Below are positions 30,712 through 40,353 of a stretch of 64,000 nucleotides of DNA, one piece after another (position 1 is the first letter of the stretch; each line of letters opens with the position of its first letter). This stretch comes from an uncultured Pseudomonadota bacterium (lineage in GTDB: Bacteria > Oederibacteriota > Muellerivitia > Muellerivitales > Muellerivitaceae). The translations under genes were made by a program, and so were the position numbers. Below the pieces are notes generated by a model, which did no database searches, was not told where the DNA came from, and was given only the letters and a program-made list of their open reading frames with translations. The stretch lies in the NCBI GenBank assembly GCA_963770835.1, contig CAVYRH010000011.1, positions 224,001-288,000 of the forward strand. Reading direction: 5' to 3'.

Positions 30712-31770
30712 TTAGTTCCCCGGTTTCGTTTCGGGCTTGTCGGAAGTTTGCCCGTGTTGTGCGATCTGCTCCTTCAAAAGCCCATTCATATCTTTGTTGA
30801 CACAGCGCAGGGTGGCCCGGATGGCGTTTTTGATGGCCTCTGCGTTCGATTTCCCATGGGAAATCAGGCACAAACCGTCAATGCCCAACAGAGGAGCGCC
30901 GCCATATTCCTTGTAGTCGATGCTACGCTTGAAACGCCGGAAAGCGGGAGCGGCCAAAAGACCACCCACCAGCGTGAATAGGTTGGAGCTCATTTCCTTT
31001 TTTAAAAGTTTATAAACCAGTTCTCCAACACCCTCGATGGCCTTCAAGGTTACGTTTCCGACAAAACCGTCGCAAACGGTCACATCGCAATTACCGTTGA
31101 CGATATCGCGACCCTCGACGTTTCCGATGTAATTCAATGGAACTTTCTTCAAGAGGGCCTGGGTCTCAAATACCAGCTCATTCCCCTTGGTCTCCTCCTC
31201 CCCAATGGAAAGCAAGCCGACCCGGGGGTTCTTGAAATTCAGGACAGTCCTGGCGAAAACATCTCCCATCAGTGCGAATTGAAGCAAGTGTTTGGCTTTG
31301 CAGTCGACATTAGCCCCCGCATCCACGAGGACCGAAATACCTTGAACACTGGGAACCATGGTAACAATGGCGGGGCGGTAAACTCCGTCAATGCGCCCGC
31401 ACATCATTAGGGCCGCAGCCATAGAGGCCCCTGAATTCCCAGCCGAAACGGTAGCGGTTACTTCCCCTTTTTTAACCAGTCCGGCGCAACGGACGACGGA
31501 AGAATCCCTTTTTTGCTTGCAGGCCTGGGCCGGGCTTTCCCCCATTTCCACTACTTCCCGGGCATCAACGATCGAGATCGATTTTTTGGGGTAGTTCCCG
31601 ATATGGGAAAGTTCCTTTTCAATATCCTCTTTACGGCCTACCAGGACCACTTCCAGGTCGTGATTGGCCATTCCAAGAACTTCGGCGTCTTGAACGGCGA
31701 GAACACCCCCCAGCACGGTTTCCCGTGGGGCGAAATCACCACCCATGGCATCAAGGGCGATTCTTATCAT
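30712..31770 (-). CDS. plsX: Phosphate acyltransferase PlsX
   Basis: IALDAMGGDFAP, SAGNSGA, DAGAN, CDGFVGNV, YGGAPLLG. Confidence 0.97.
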   Translation of the reverse strand: MIRIALDAMGGDFAPRETVLGGVLAVQDAEVLGMANHDLEVVLVGRKEDIEKELSHIGNYPKKSISIVDAREVVEMGESPAQACKQKRDSSVVRCAGLVKKGEVTATVSAGNSGASMAAALMMCGRIDGVYRPAIVTMVPSVQGISVLVDAGANVDCKAKHLLQFALMGDVFARTVLNFKNPRVGLLSIGEEETKGNELVFETQALLKKVPLNYIGNVEGRDIVNGNCDVTVCDGFVGNVTLKAIEGVGELVYKLLKKEMSSNLFTLVGGLLAAPAFRRFKRSIDYKEYGGAPLLGIDGLCLISHGKSNAEAIKNAIRATLRCVNKDMNGLLKEQIAQHGQTSDKPETKPGN

Positions 31771-31779
31771 TGGACTGGA

Positions 31780-31962
31780 TTAGGCAATATCAACGCTGAC
31801 GACTTCTTTGCCTTTGTAATAACCGCAGGTGGGACATACCCGGTGGGGCAGTTTGGCGCTTTTGCACTGGGGGCAAACCGAGAGCGATTTCGTCTTGATT
31901 TTCCAATTTGTGCGGCGCTTGTCCCGGCGTTGGCGTGAATGTCTCCGTTTAGGATTAGGCAT
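31780..31962 (-). CDS. rpmF: 50S ribosomal protein L32 (Zn-ribbon form)
   Basis: MPNPKRRHSRQRRDKRR..CPQC..PHRVCPTCGYY. Confidence 0.97.
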   Translation of the reverse strand: MPNPKRRHSRQRRDKRRTNWKIKTKSLSVCPQCKSAKLPHRVCPTCGYYKGKEVVSVDIA

Positions 31963-32059
31963 GACAACCTCCAATAAAAGCGATGATTAATTTTGAATCC
32001 TCAACTTTGAATTTCGGAAGCCTCGGGTTTTTCCAACCTTGAGCCGCCTCGATTAAAAT

Positions 32060-32578
32060 TCAGAATTTTAATTTCCGTAATGCGTCCCACCTGGGATCGG
32101 CGGGCGGTTCCTGGCACTGGCAGGATTCCACGTTCAAGTCGCGTCCGCAACCGCCGCAAAGCCCCCGGCAGTCGTCGCGGCAAAGAGCCCGCATCGGGAC
32201 GGATAAAAGCACGGTTTGTCGAATTTGATCGGCGATATCCAATATATCGCCCTCAAAATACACAACCTCAAGCTGCCCTTCAGGCGGGCTTTCCTCCTCA
32301 GAGGTACTTTCCTCGCATTGAGCCCGGTAATGAACCTCAAAAAACGACTTAAAGCGGCTTTCAAACTCCTTCAAACAGCGGTCACACTCCAAGAGCATCT
32401 TGCCTTGAACCCAGCCCTTGGCCGAAACTAAGTCACCGCTTTTGGACAATTCACAGTAAATTTCAAGCGGCTCCCTGCAAAGTTCAGGGGCCAACTCGAT
32501 CCCCAACGCCTGGGCCCAGTCTTTTTCTTCTAAAACAAGGTCTTCTTGTTCCAGCGAGCGCAATTCCACCTTCAACAT
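32060..32578 (-). CDS. yceD: DUF177/YceD family protein
   Basis: ECDRCL, PMRALCRDDCRGLCGGCG, DPRWDALRKL. Upstream of rpmF. Confidence 0.93.
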   Translation of the reverse strand: MLKVELRSLEQEDLVLEEKDWAQALGIELAPELCREPLEIYCELSKSGDLVSAKGWVQGKMLLECDRCLKEFESRFKSFFEVHYRAQCEESTSEEESPPEGQLEVVYFEGDILDIADQIRQTVLLSVPMRALCRDDCRGLCGGCGRDLNVESCQCQEPPADPRWDALRKLKF

Positions 32579-32704
32579 CGTTGCGCCGCCTCCCTTCTAT
32601 GCCACAGCCTTCATCTTCAGCTGCCCGCAATCCATTTAAATTTTCATTAATTTAAGGCTTAAAATGGATAGTGACAACTCGAAGCCGCCTTAAAAGCAGG
32701 GGCG

Positions 32705-32734
32705 ATTATAGGAATGCGACTCTTTGAGTGTCAA
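32705..32734 (-). promoter_or_regulatory. Consensus sigma70 promoter of the yceD-rpmF-plsX-fab operon
   Basis: TTGACA-N18-TATAAT, both hexamers perfect. Confidence 0.85.
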
Positions 32735-32833
32735 GAAAATACCCCTATTTCGTGGCCAATTTACGGGGATTTTGACAAGTTATTCAATTGAATGTTGAGG
32801 ATCGAATTCTAGTCTTTTGGAAAAAACGGAAGG

Positions 32834-33319
32834 TCAAAAAGCGTTGCGCAAGGCCTTTTCAACCGCTGCGGGCACAAAACCGCTTACATTTCCCTTAAGC
32901 ATGGCCAATTCCTTGATGGAACTGGAGGAAAGAAAAATGAATTTCTCGTTTGGAACAAGGAAAACCACTTCAATACTTGGGTAGAGACTTCGATTGATCA
33001 AAGCCATCTGAAACTCATACTCGAAGTCCGCAACGGCCCTCAGGCCCCTAAAGATCATGCCGGCCTTGATGTCACGGGCATAATCCACCAAAAGCCCGTT
33101 GAAGGAGGAAATAACTACATTGGATAAATGTCGTGTTGTCTTTTTCAAAAGTTCCACCCGTTCCTCCACAGAAAAAAGGACTTTTTTGGAAGGATTGGCC
33201 ACGACGGCAACATGCAGTTGATCACAGATTTTATGGGCCCTTTGGGCGATATCCAAATGTCCATTGGTTACCGGATCAAAAGAACCGGGATAAAGGCCGA
33301 TGATTTTCTTTTGAGACAA
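32834..33319 (-). CDS. coaD: Phosphopantetheine adenylyltransferase
   Basis: YPGSFDPVTNGHLDI, RGLRAVADFEYE, LSSS. Confidence 0.97.
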   Translation of the reverse strand: MSQKKIIGLYPGSFDPVTNGHLDIAQRAHKICDQLHVAVVANPSKKVLFSVEERVELLKKTTRHLSNVVISSFNGLLVDYARDIKAGMIFRGLRAVADFEYEFQMALINRSLYPSIEVVFLVPNEKFIFLSSSSIKELAMLKGNVSGFVPAAVEKALRNAF

Positions 33320-33336
33320 TTTCGATTCCTTTCAAT

Positions 33337-33924
33337 TCAATCACCAGAGGTGGGTGAGGCGGGGCTATTTTTAAACAAGGTTAAAAGAGTATCTCCGTAT
33401 TTCTTCTGCCTGACCAAGGGGTACGGAAACTCCCCCGCTAGTTCCGTGTCCTTAAGCCCGTGTTCCACGGCAAAAATGCCGCCTTCTTTAAGAATAGGAT
33501 ATTCCATCAAAAGGTTTTGAAGACGTTTCAAAACGCCAGTCTCATAGGGTGGATCGGCCAGTAGGATATCAAACTTTTTGCCTTCTAGATGAAGCAAATA
33601 AAATGCCTTGGAAACCTCCGAGGCAATAACGCGGACGTGTTCTTCTGGATTCCGGAGATTTATCCCAAAATTCTGAAGGTTTTCCGAAATCAGTTTGAGA
33701 CTGTCTGGGGCCTTTTCCACAAGAATGACTTCGCAAGCACCACGGCTCAAGGCTTCGATGCCCAGATTTCCAGTACCAGCGTAAAAATCCACCACATTGC
33801 AACCTTCTACGGGCTCCAGCATGTTAAAAAGGGCCCCTTTTACTTTATCGGAGGTAGGGCGAATCTTCGTGTTTTTGGGAGCTTTAACGGTTCGGCTCTT
33901 AAATTTTCCGGCAATAACGCGCAA
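33337..33924 (-). CDS. rsmD: 16S rRNA m2G966 methyltransferase
   Basis: MRVIAGKFK, RPTSDKVK, DFYAGTG..EALSRGA, DPPY. Confidence 0.95.
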   Translation of the reverse strand: MRVIAGKFKSRTVKAPKNTKIRPTSDKVKGALFNMLEPVEGCNVVDFYAGTGNLGIEALSRGACEVILVEKAPDSLKLISENLQNFGINLRNPEEHVRVIASEVSKAFYLLHLEGKKFDILLADPPYETGVLKRLQNLLMEYPILKEGGIFAVEHGLKDTELAGEFPYPLVRQKKYGDTLLTLFKNSPASPTSGD

Positions 33925-33935
33925 TGTTTTAATCC

Positions 33936-36374
33936 TTATGAGATTTGGGCTAGATCCAGCAAATGATGGTATTTCGACTCTAAGCTTTGCCGTAATCCTT
34001 GGCTTTGCGGTTGTGTTAACCCTGGGTCCGCATCCAAGACTTTCAACGCCATTTCCCGGGCAGCTTCCACAACATCCACATCTCGCTTCAAATCGACAAT
34101 ACCCCCTTCACGGCGACCGGACTGGGCCATCCCGAAAATTTCACCCGGCCCCCGCATTTTAAGGTCGAATTCCGAAAGCTTAAACCCGTCGAGCGTTGAA
34201 ACCAAGATCTTCATCCTCTGGATTGCATCACTGGAAATTACCGGAGAGGTTAAAAGAAAACAAAAAGATTGTTCACCTCCCCTCCCCACCCTTCCCCGTA
34301 ATTGATGAAGCTGGGCCAGCCCAAATCTCTCGGCATGTTCGATCACGATCATTGTGGCATTCGGGATATCGATACCCACTTCAACAACTGTTGTAGCAAC
34401 CAGGATCTGGATTTTCTTTTTCTTGAAGGCCTCCATAACAGCTTCTTTTTCTTCGTTTCGCATTTTGCCGTGTAGTAAACCTACTTTGAAGCCATGAAAA
34501 ATTTCTTTTTGAAAATATTGATTCATTTGGATAGCGGACTTCAAAAAAATTTTTGATTCCTTCACCACCGGCAAAACCCAGAAAACCTGTTCCCCTTTCA
34601 AAATCCTTTCCTTGGCGAACTGGTAAACTTCATCCCTTTGGGATTCATTCTTCCAGAGGGTTTTAATGGCTTTTCGGCCTTTCGGGAACTCATCTAATAC
34701 GGATAAATCCGTGTCCCCATATTCCGTCAAAACGAGCGCGCGGGGGAACGGTGTGGCCGTCATCATAAGACAATCGGGCCAGTTGCCTTTGCTTTCCAAG
34801 GCCGCCCTTTGCATGACTCCAAACTTGTGCCTTTCATCAATTACCAAAAACCCCAGATTTTTGAACTTAATGTTCTCTTCAAGGAGCGCGTGGGTTCCTA
34901 CGGCCACATCCACCTTTCCGGCTTCCATGGCTTCTAAGGCATCTCTTTTGGCCCTTGCCTTCATGCCACTGGTCAAAGAGAGGATTTTCAACCCGAGTGG
35001 GTTCAAAAGCCTTTCCAAATTGAGGTAATGTTGTTTGGCTAATATCTCCGTCGGCGCCATAAAAACACTTTGAAGGCCCGAGTCCGCCGCATAAAGAAAA
35101 GAGATAGCTGCCACAAGTGTCTTACCGCTTCCCACATCGCCCTGGAGAAGCCGGTTCATGGGATAGGCCTTTGCCAAGTCCAGACGGATTTCCTTCAACA
35201 CTCTTTTTTGCGCTTGGGTTAATTGGTAGGGGATCGTTTTTCGAAAAGTTAGAATCTTTTTTCCCTCAAATTGATACTGCCTCCCTTTTTCTCGCTTTTC
35301 AATTGCTCGGCGCTTGACGAGGAGAAAAGTTTGCAGGGTTAGAAGTTCTTCAAAGGAAAGCTTTTTGCGAGCCTGCTCGAATGATTCCAATGTGCTTGGA
35401 TGATGAATTTCCTGAACGGCCTCTGCCAAGCCTATCTTTCCGAAAGTGGAGCTTTCAGCTTCGGCTCTGGGGATTAAATGCCCATATTTATCCAATATCG
35501 TTCCGATGAGATTGCGCCAAAAGGATTGGGTCAGGGTGGCGGTGGAAGGATAAAAAACAAGGACCTTCCCTTCACGGAGAGTCTGTTCTTCCTCCGGCGT
35601 CAGGAACTCAAAAGTCTCCGCCCTACCTACCACTTGCTTTCCCCACTTGGAACCCTGGGGTGTTTCGTGAAGAAGGACCCATCGGCCGTTGGTCAGTTCT
35701 TTCTTTAAATAAGGCCGGTTGAACCAAACCCAGCTTAAATGCCCGCTGGCGTCTTGCAAGACTACCTTTACCGTTTCCAGACGGCCCCGGCGCATCTCGG
35801 AGATACCGTTGATGTGGGCTAATATGAAGTAAGGTTCTTCCCGGTCATCGCATCGGGCAATCGGGGTGAAAGAGCCCCCATGAACGGCCCATTTGGGTGA
35901 ATAATGCAATAGATCGTCCACGGTCTTAAGGCCCGTCAAATGAAAGGCCCTGATTTTTTCCTTGGGAACGAAGGGAAGGACCGGGTCTAAAAGTGTAAAT
36001 TTTTCAGAAGGACCCCTTCCTAGGTGTTGTTCCATAGGAAGACGCTGTATCCAGTTTTCGATGAGGTTATAGGTCTTGGTAACCACTTCCCGCCGTTCTT
36101 CGAGTGAATAGGTCATGTATTGTGAAAAGGAACTGCGAAGATCTCTCAGGAAAACTGAGAACTCTCGGCCTTCGGGGAAATCAACCCACTCCCTTTTTAG
36201 GAGCTCTTCACATTGCCCCATGAGATACAGGTCTAGTCCCTTCATTACAGAACGATTAGAAAATTCCTGTTTTTCCTCCAGTCGGAGGGGTTTCAGCCAG
36301 TTTTCAAGTTGTTGGGGCCGCGAAAGCATTGCGAACCGCCTAAAGAGGATGGGCCATGATAGATCAAGTTTCAT
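33936..36374 (-). CDS. recG: ATP-dependent DNA helicase RecG with N-terminal extension
   Basis: MNRLLQGDVGSGKT, IDERHKFG, MTATP, QLHQLRGRVGRG, DLKMRGPGE. Start may be ~36329. Confidence 0.96.
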   Translation of the reverse strand: MKLDLSWPILFRRFAMLSRPQQLENWLKPLRLEEKQEFSNRSVMKGLDLYLMGQCEELLKREWVDFPEGREFSVFLRDLRSSFSQYMTYSLEERREVVTKTYNLIENWIQRLPMEQHLGRGPSEKFTLLDPVLPFVPKEKIRAFHLTGLKTVDDLLHYSPKWAVHGGSFTPIARCDDREEPYFILAHINGISEMRRGRLETVKVVLQDASGHLSWVWFNRPYLKKELTNGRWVLLHETPQGSKWGKQVVGRAETFEFLTPEEEQTLREGKVLVFYPSTATLTQSFWRNLIGTILDKYGHLIPRAEAESSTFGKIGLAEAVQEIHHPSTLESFEQARKKLSFEELLTLQTFLLVKRRAIEKREKGRQYQFEGKKILTFRKTIPYQLTQAQKRVLKEIRLDLAKAYPMNRLLQGDVGSGKTLVAAISFLYAADSGLQSVFMAPTEILAKQHYLNLERLLNPLGLKILSLTSGMKARAKRDALEAMEAGKVDVAVGTHALLEENIKFKNLGFLVIDERHKFGVMQRAALESKGNWPDCLMMTATPFPRALVLTEYGDTDLSVLDEFPKGRKAIKTLWKNESQRDEVYQFAKERILKGEQVFWVLPVVKESKIFLKSAIQMNQYFQKEIFHGFKVGLLHGKMRNEEKEAVMEAFKKKKIQILVATTVVEVGIDIPNATMIVIEHAERFGLAQLHQLRGRVGRGGEQSFCFLLTSPVISSDAIQRMKILVSTLDGFKLSEFDLKMRGPGEIFGMAQSGRREGGIVDLKRDVDVVEAAREMALKVLDADPGLTQPQSQGLRQSLESKYHHLLDLAQIS

Positions 36375-36461
36375 GGCCTTAAGAGCGTGAAAAAAGCTTG
36401 TTTATTCTAAAACCGTTTGCGTATAATGCCGCCCCTACGCTAAGAAAAGAGGAGTAGTTCC

Positions 36462-36710
36462 ATGGCTCAAGTTTGTGACATTTGTTCCAAAGGGCCCATA
36501 AAGGCCCGCAAGATTACCCGTCGCGGTAAGTCCAAGAAAGAAGGCGGGATTGGGTTGAACATTACCGGCGTGCACCTTCGCCGCCAAATGCCGAACCTTC
36601 AAACCATTCGGGCGATCGTTGACGGCCGCCCCCAGCGGATTTTGGTCTGCACCCGTTGCTTGCGTTCAGGCAAAGTTCAAAAGCGCCAAGCGGTCAAAAA
36701 GGCTTCCTAA
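36462..36710 (+). CDS. rpmB: 50S ribosomal protein L28
   Basis: CDICSKGP..RRQMPNLQ..VCTRCLRSGKV. GAGGAG RBS and upstream TATAAT at 36422. Confidence 0.95.
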   Translation: MAQVCDICSKGPIKARKITRRGKSKKEGGIGLNITGVHLRRQMPNLQTIRAIVDGRPQRILVCTRCLRSGKVQKRQAVKKAS

Positions 36711-36753
36711 TCGCTTAGCGGATTTTGGGTTTCAAATTCTGTATTTCAAGATA

Positions 36754-36796
36754 AAACAAAAAAGCCATTTGCTTGAGGGCAGATGGCTTTTTGTTT
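36754..36796. terminator. Bidirectional intrinsic terminator after rpmB
   Basis: AAAAAGCCATTTGC-loop-GCAGATGGCTTTTT stem with T-runs. Confidence 0.8.
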
Positions 36797-36824
36797 ACTG
36801 TGTTTCTCTAATTCCATCTCATTT

Positions 36825-37232
36825 TTACCGCAATGCCCGCCCCTTGTATTTCCACCTATTTCCATTCCAAATCCAAATGAAAGTTTCATTGGAAAAACTT
36901 TGCAAGCTTCCGGCCTGGAAGCTCCAGGTCAGCTTTACTTTGGCCGTATGGTCGTTCACCCAGGCCAATGAAGTGATCTCGCCGTTGGTAAGGGTCGCGT
37001 CCTGAACCCAGCTCTTCATCAGCTGGTTTTTCAATTGGTCGGAACTTCCCAGGGCCCCGTCGGTGGAAGCGTAGGCTTGTGGCCAATTACTTTGCACAAC
37101 GTCCGCTGTAAATGCCAGGACAGCCTGCTGCAGGGCTTGCTCACGCGCCACTTTATCCTCGGGTGAAAGCGAACAACCGCACCCAAAAACAACACCCGCG
37201 AGTAATAAAAATACAAAAAAAAGTCTTTTCAT
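36825..37232 (-). CDS. Hypothetical lipoprotein (NTF2-like alpha/beta pattern possible)
   Basis: Signal peptide with VFGCGC lipobox-like motif. Tightly packed after rpiB. Confidence 0.65.
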   Translation of the reverse strand: MKRLFFVFLLLAGVVFGCGCSLSPEDKVAREQALQQAVLAFTADVVQSNWPQAYASTDGALGSSDQLKNQLMKSWVQDATLTNGEITSLAWVNDHTAKVKLTWSFQAGSLQSFSNETFIWIWNGNRWKYKGRALR

Positions 37233-37241
37233 TCAAAGTCC

Positions 37242-37697
37242 TTAGGGTTTTAAATGCGCCTTTTCAATATCCCTGATTTCCTCGACCCTTCGGACATGCC
37301 GGTCCACGTTACTGAAGGGTGTATTCAACCAAATATCCGTCAGTTTCAAATTGGTTTCCATTGGAAGATCCCTTCCCGCCAGAGAGAGCACGTTGGAATC
37401 ATTATGGCTCCGGGTTTGTTCGGCCATCTTTTCGGTGAAAACCAGGGCCGCCCGTACTCCCGGCACCTTGTTGGCGACAATGGACATTCCGATACCGTTC
37501 CCACAAACCAGAATGCCCCGGTCTGCTTGCCGGGAAGCTACCGCCTGGGCTACCTTCTCGGCGTAGATAGGATAATCACTGGGCTGGGCGTCGGGGGCCC
37601 CCACATCTTGAACCTGGAACCCTTTTTCCCCCAGATGCTTGACCAAGGCTTGTTTTAAATCAAACCCGGCGTGATCCGCTCCAATGGCGATTTTCAT
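37242..37697 (-). CDS. rpiB: Ribose-5-phosphate isomerase B
   Basis: IGADHAG, DYP, CGNGIGMSIVANKVPGVRAA, HNDSNVL, RHVRRV. Confidence 0.96.
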   Translation of the reverse strand: MKIAIGADHAGFDLKQALVKHLGEKGFQVQDVGAPDAQPSDYPIYAEKVAQAVASRQADRGILVCGNGIGMSIVANKVPGVRAALVFTEKMAEQTRSHNDSNVLSLAGRDLPMETNLKLTDIWLNTPFSNVDRHVRRVEEIRDIEKAHLKP

Positions 37698-37776
37698 TTT
37701 GGTTCCTTAAACAGTTCATTGATCAAAGCCGGAGGACATCATAAACTTTGAAAGCAAGTTTTCCAGTGCCTCCGAC

Positions 37777-38229
37777 TTAATTTTTCAGTTTCTCCAGTGA
37801 TTTTTGAAGGAACGCTTCCATTTGCCCCAGGACTTTTCGGTAGGAATCCAAGGGTTGTCCGACCGGGTCTTCTACCTCCTGGGTACCCACCCCGGCGAAC
37901 TCTGAAAAAAGGGCGACTTTTGGCTCCAAGGCCGGCATCTTCTTAACAATCATTTCCTTATGTCGGCCCGTCATGGTCAGTATCAAATCGCTTTCCGTAG
38001 CCAGAGTTTTACTCAAAGACTGGCTTTGGTGGGTGGAAATGTCGATTCCTTTTTCCTGGCAGGCCTGGACCGCTTCGGGGGTGGCGGGCACTCCGGGGAA
38101 AGCCACTAAGCCCGCCGATTGTACTTCCACGTGAAATTGGTTTTCTTTGGCTATTTTCTTGAGCAGGCCCTCGGCCATGGGGCTTCGGCAGGTGTTTCCG
38201 GTACAGACAAAAAGGATTTTTTTAGGCAA
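37777..38229 (-). CDS. Low-molecular-weight protein tyrosine/arginine phosphatase (YwlE-like)
   Basis: FVCTGNTCRSPMAE P-loop and EDPVG. Between tsaC and rpiB, as for Bacillus ywlC-ywlE-ywlF. Confidence 0.92.
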   Translation of the reverse strand: MPKKILFVCTGNTCRSPMAEGLLKKIAKENQFHVEVQSAGLVAFPGVPATPEAVQACQEKGIDISTHQSQSLSKTLATESDLILTMTGRHKEMIVKKMPALEPKVALFSEFAGVGTQEVEDPVGQPLDSYRKVLGQMEAFLQKSLEKLKN

Positions 38230-38245
38230 CTCTTTTCCCCCGTTT

Positions 38246-38899
38246 TTATTCCTGTATTAACTGGGTTAAAAGAGCCTCCACTCTGGCGATTTCATCCTTG
38301 GAAACACAGCCGGTACGGATGATGGAAAGATGCTTTTTATCGAATTTTGCGATGGCGGTTTCCCCACCCAGGGGGCAGACGCCAGCGTCCAGCGCCGTAT
38401 CCACCTTTTCAAGAATTTCGGGTTCCACTTCATCGAACCGGACCGGGCTTTTGCCGCCGGAAAAATTGGCGCTGGAAACGGCCAGCGTATCACCCGCAGT
38501 GCGGAGCAATTCCAAGGCAATCCCATGGTCAGGGCAACGCAGCGCGACCGTGCCGTCGGGGCCGACTCCTCCGGGGGCCAAATGCACCTTTGCCTTGGCG
38601 ATTAGGGTCCAAGGGCCGGGCCAGATTTTCTTTAAGATTTCCAGGTCCTTGTCCTTGAAATCAGCAATTTCAAGAGCCACTTCTGGCCGGGAAATGAGAA
38701 TTGAGAGAGATTGGTTCAAGGGGCGGTCTTTGATCTTGAATATCCGTTTAAGGGCGTCCGGTTTTTTTACCGAACAGCCGATATCATAAACGGTGTCCGT
38801 TGGGAAAACGGCTATCCCACCATCCTTAATCACCTTTGCGACCTGCAAGAGGTTGGCTGGGGTATACGGTAAGGGTTTGGAGTCGATTTTTTCGCCCAT
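38246..38899 (-). CDS. tsaC: L-threonylcarbamoyladenylate synthase (TsaC/YrdC domain)
   Basis: FPTDTVY, KDRP, WPGPWTLI, SSANFSG. Confidence 0.9.
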   Translation of the reverse strand: MGEKIDSKPLPYTPANLLQVAKVIKDGGIAVFPTDTVYDIGCSVKKPDALKRIFKIKDRPLNQSLSILISRPEVALEIADFKDKDLEILKKIWPGPWTLIAKAKVHLAPGGVGPDGTVALRCPDHGIALELLRTAGDTLAVSSANFSGGKSPVRFDEVEPEILEKVDTALDAGVCPLGGETAIAKFDKKHLSIIRTGCVSKDEIARVEALLTQLIQE

Positions 38900-39062
38900 G
38901 GCTTTTCCAATCGTGGCTGAGTTATTCGCTCAACACACATCATCTATCTTTAATTTTCTCAGAGAACCAAGAATTTTTCAGCAGAAAATTGAACATTTCC
39001 TGGTAAATTCCCGTTTTGAACAACTTTTTAAGTTGAAAATTCTTGGCCTTACGGACCAGACT

Positions 39063-40340
39063 CTAACGGCTTCCAGCCAAAGCACGCCAACCAATATCTT
39101 TACGATACTGGGCGCCCTCAAAGCGGATGTCATGAATGGCCTGGTAAGCGTGATCAACGGCATCTTTAAGCGAATCGCCGACACCTGTGACGCACAAGAC
39201 CCTGCCGCCCGAAGTAACCGCTTTTCCCTCTTTCAGGGCCGTTCCGGCGTGAAAAATGTAGGATTCGGGATGGGCTGCGGCCCTTTCAAGACCTTCAATT
39301 ACTTTTCCCTTGGGATAGGACCCCGGATAGCCCTTGGAGGCCATCACTACGCAGGCCGTCGGTCTCTCGTCCCATTCAATTTTCAAGTGGGACAACTTGC
39401 CCTGGGCCACCGCCATGCAAATATTGACAAAATCGGTCTTAAGCCGGGGTAAAACAACCTGCGTTTCAGGGTCGCCAAATCGGCAGTTGTATTCAATCAC
39501 TTTGGGGCCTTCCGGCATGATCATTAATCCCGCGTAAAGTACTCCTTTATAAACAATCCCCAATCGTTTCAGGGCTTCAATAGTCGGTTTTAGGATTTTT
39601 TCCAATATTTCATCGTTCATCTTCTTAGTTACTACGGGCGCGGGCGAATAAGCTCCCATGCCGCCAGTGTTGGGCCCCTTATCACCGTCGAAAACCCGTT
39701 TATGGTCCTGGGCGCTCACCATGGGGATTATCGTTTCGCCATCCACAAAGGCTAGGATGGATGCTTCCTCGCCTTTAAGAAATTCCTCAATAACCACCTT
39801 AGAACCGGCATCGCCGAAAACCTTTTTCTTCATGGCCTCTTCCAGGGCTGTTTCCGCTTGTTCAAGCGTTTCGCAGACCGTCACGCCTTTTCCCGCGGCT
39901 AAACCGTCGGCTTTAACAACGATGGGGACTCCCTGGGAACGGATATAGGCCAAAGCTTTTTTATAATTTGTGAAGGTAGCCGCTTTAGCCGTGGGAATGC
40001 GGTTTTCTAAAAGCAGGTTTTTGGTGAAGTCCTTGCTGCCTTCCAACTGAGCGCCCGCCTTGGAAGGTCCAAAAACCAGAAACCCTTCATTGGTTAATTC
40101 ATCGGCCAATCCGAGGCAAAGAGGCACTTCAGGGCCGATAATAATCAAGTTGGGGTCATGCTGATTGCACCACTTCACCAGGGCTGGAATGTCATCGGCC
40201 ATAATGTCGGGACATTCCGCTAGCTGGGAAATACCAGCATTGCCAGGTGCGCAATAAAGCTTGGGGTTGCGCTTGGACTTGGAAAGCGCCCAGCAAATGG
40301 CGTGTTCCCTTCCTCCAGAACCGACAACGAGAATATCCAC
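39063..40340 (-). CDS. purD: Phosphoribosylamine-glycine ligase
   Basis: GSGGREHA, KADGLAAGKGV, QDHKR, GPNTGGMGAY, RFGDPE. Confidence 0.98.
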   Translation of the reverse strand: MDILVVGSGGREHAICWALSKSKRNPKLYCAPGNAGISQLAECPDIMADDIPALVKWCNQHDPNLIIIGPEVPLCLGLADELTNEGFLVFGPSKAGAQLEGSKDFTKNLLLENRIPTAKAATFTNYKKALAYIRSQGVPIVVKADGLAAGKGVTVCETLEQAETALEEAMKKKVFGDAGSKVVIEEFLKGEEASILAFVDGETIIPMVSAQDHKRVFDGDKGPNTGGMGAYSPAPVVTKKMNDEILEKILKPTIEALKRLGIVYKGVLYAGLMIMPEGPKVIEYNCRFGDPETQVVLPRLKTDFVNICMAVAQGKLSHLKIEWDERPTACVVMASKGYPGSYPKGKVIEGLERAAAHPESYIFHAGTALKEGKAVTSGGRVLCVTGVGDSLKDAVDHAYQAIHDIRFEGAQYRKDIGWRALAGSR

Positions 40341-40353
40341 TGGACTCCTCGAA

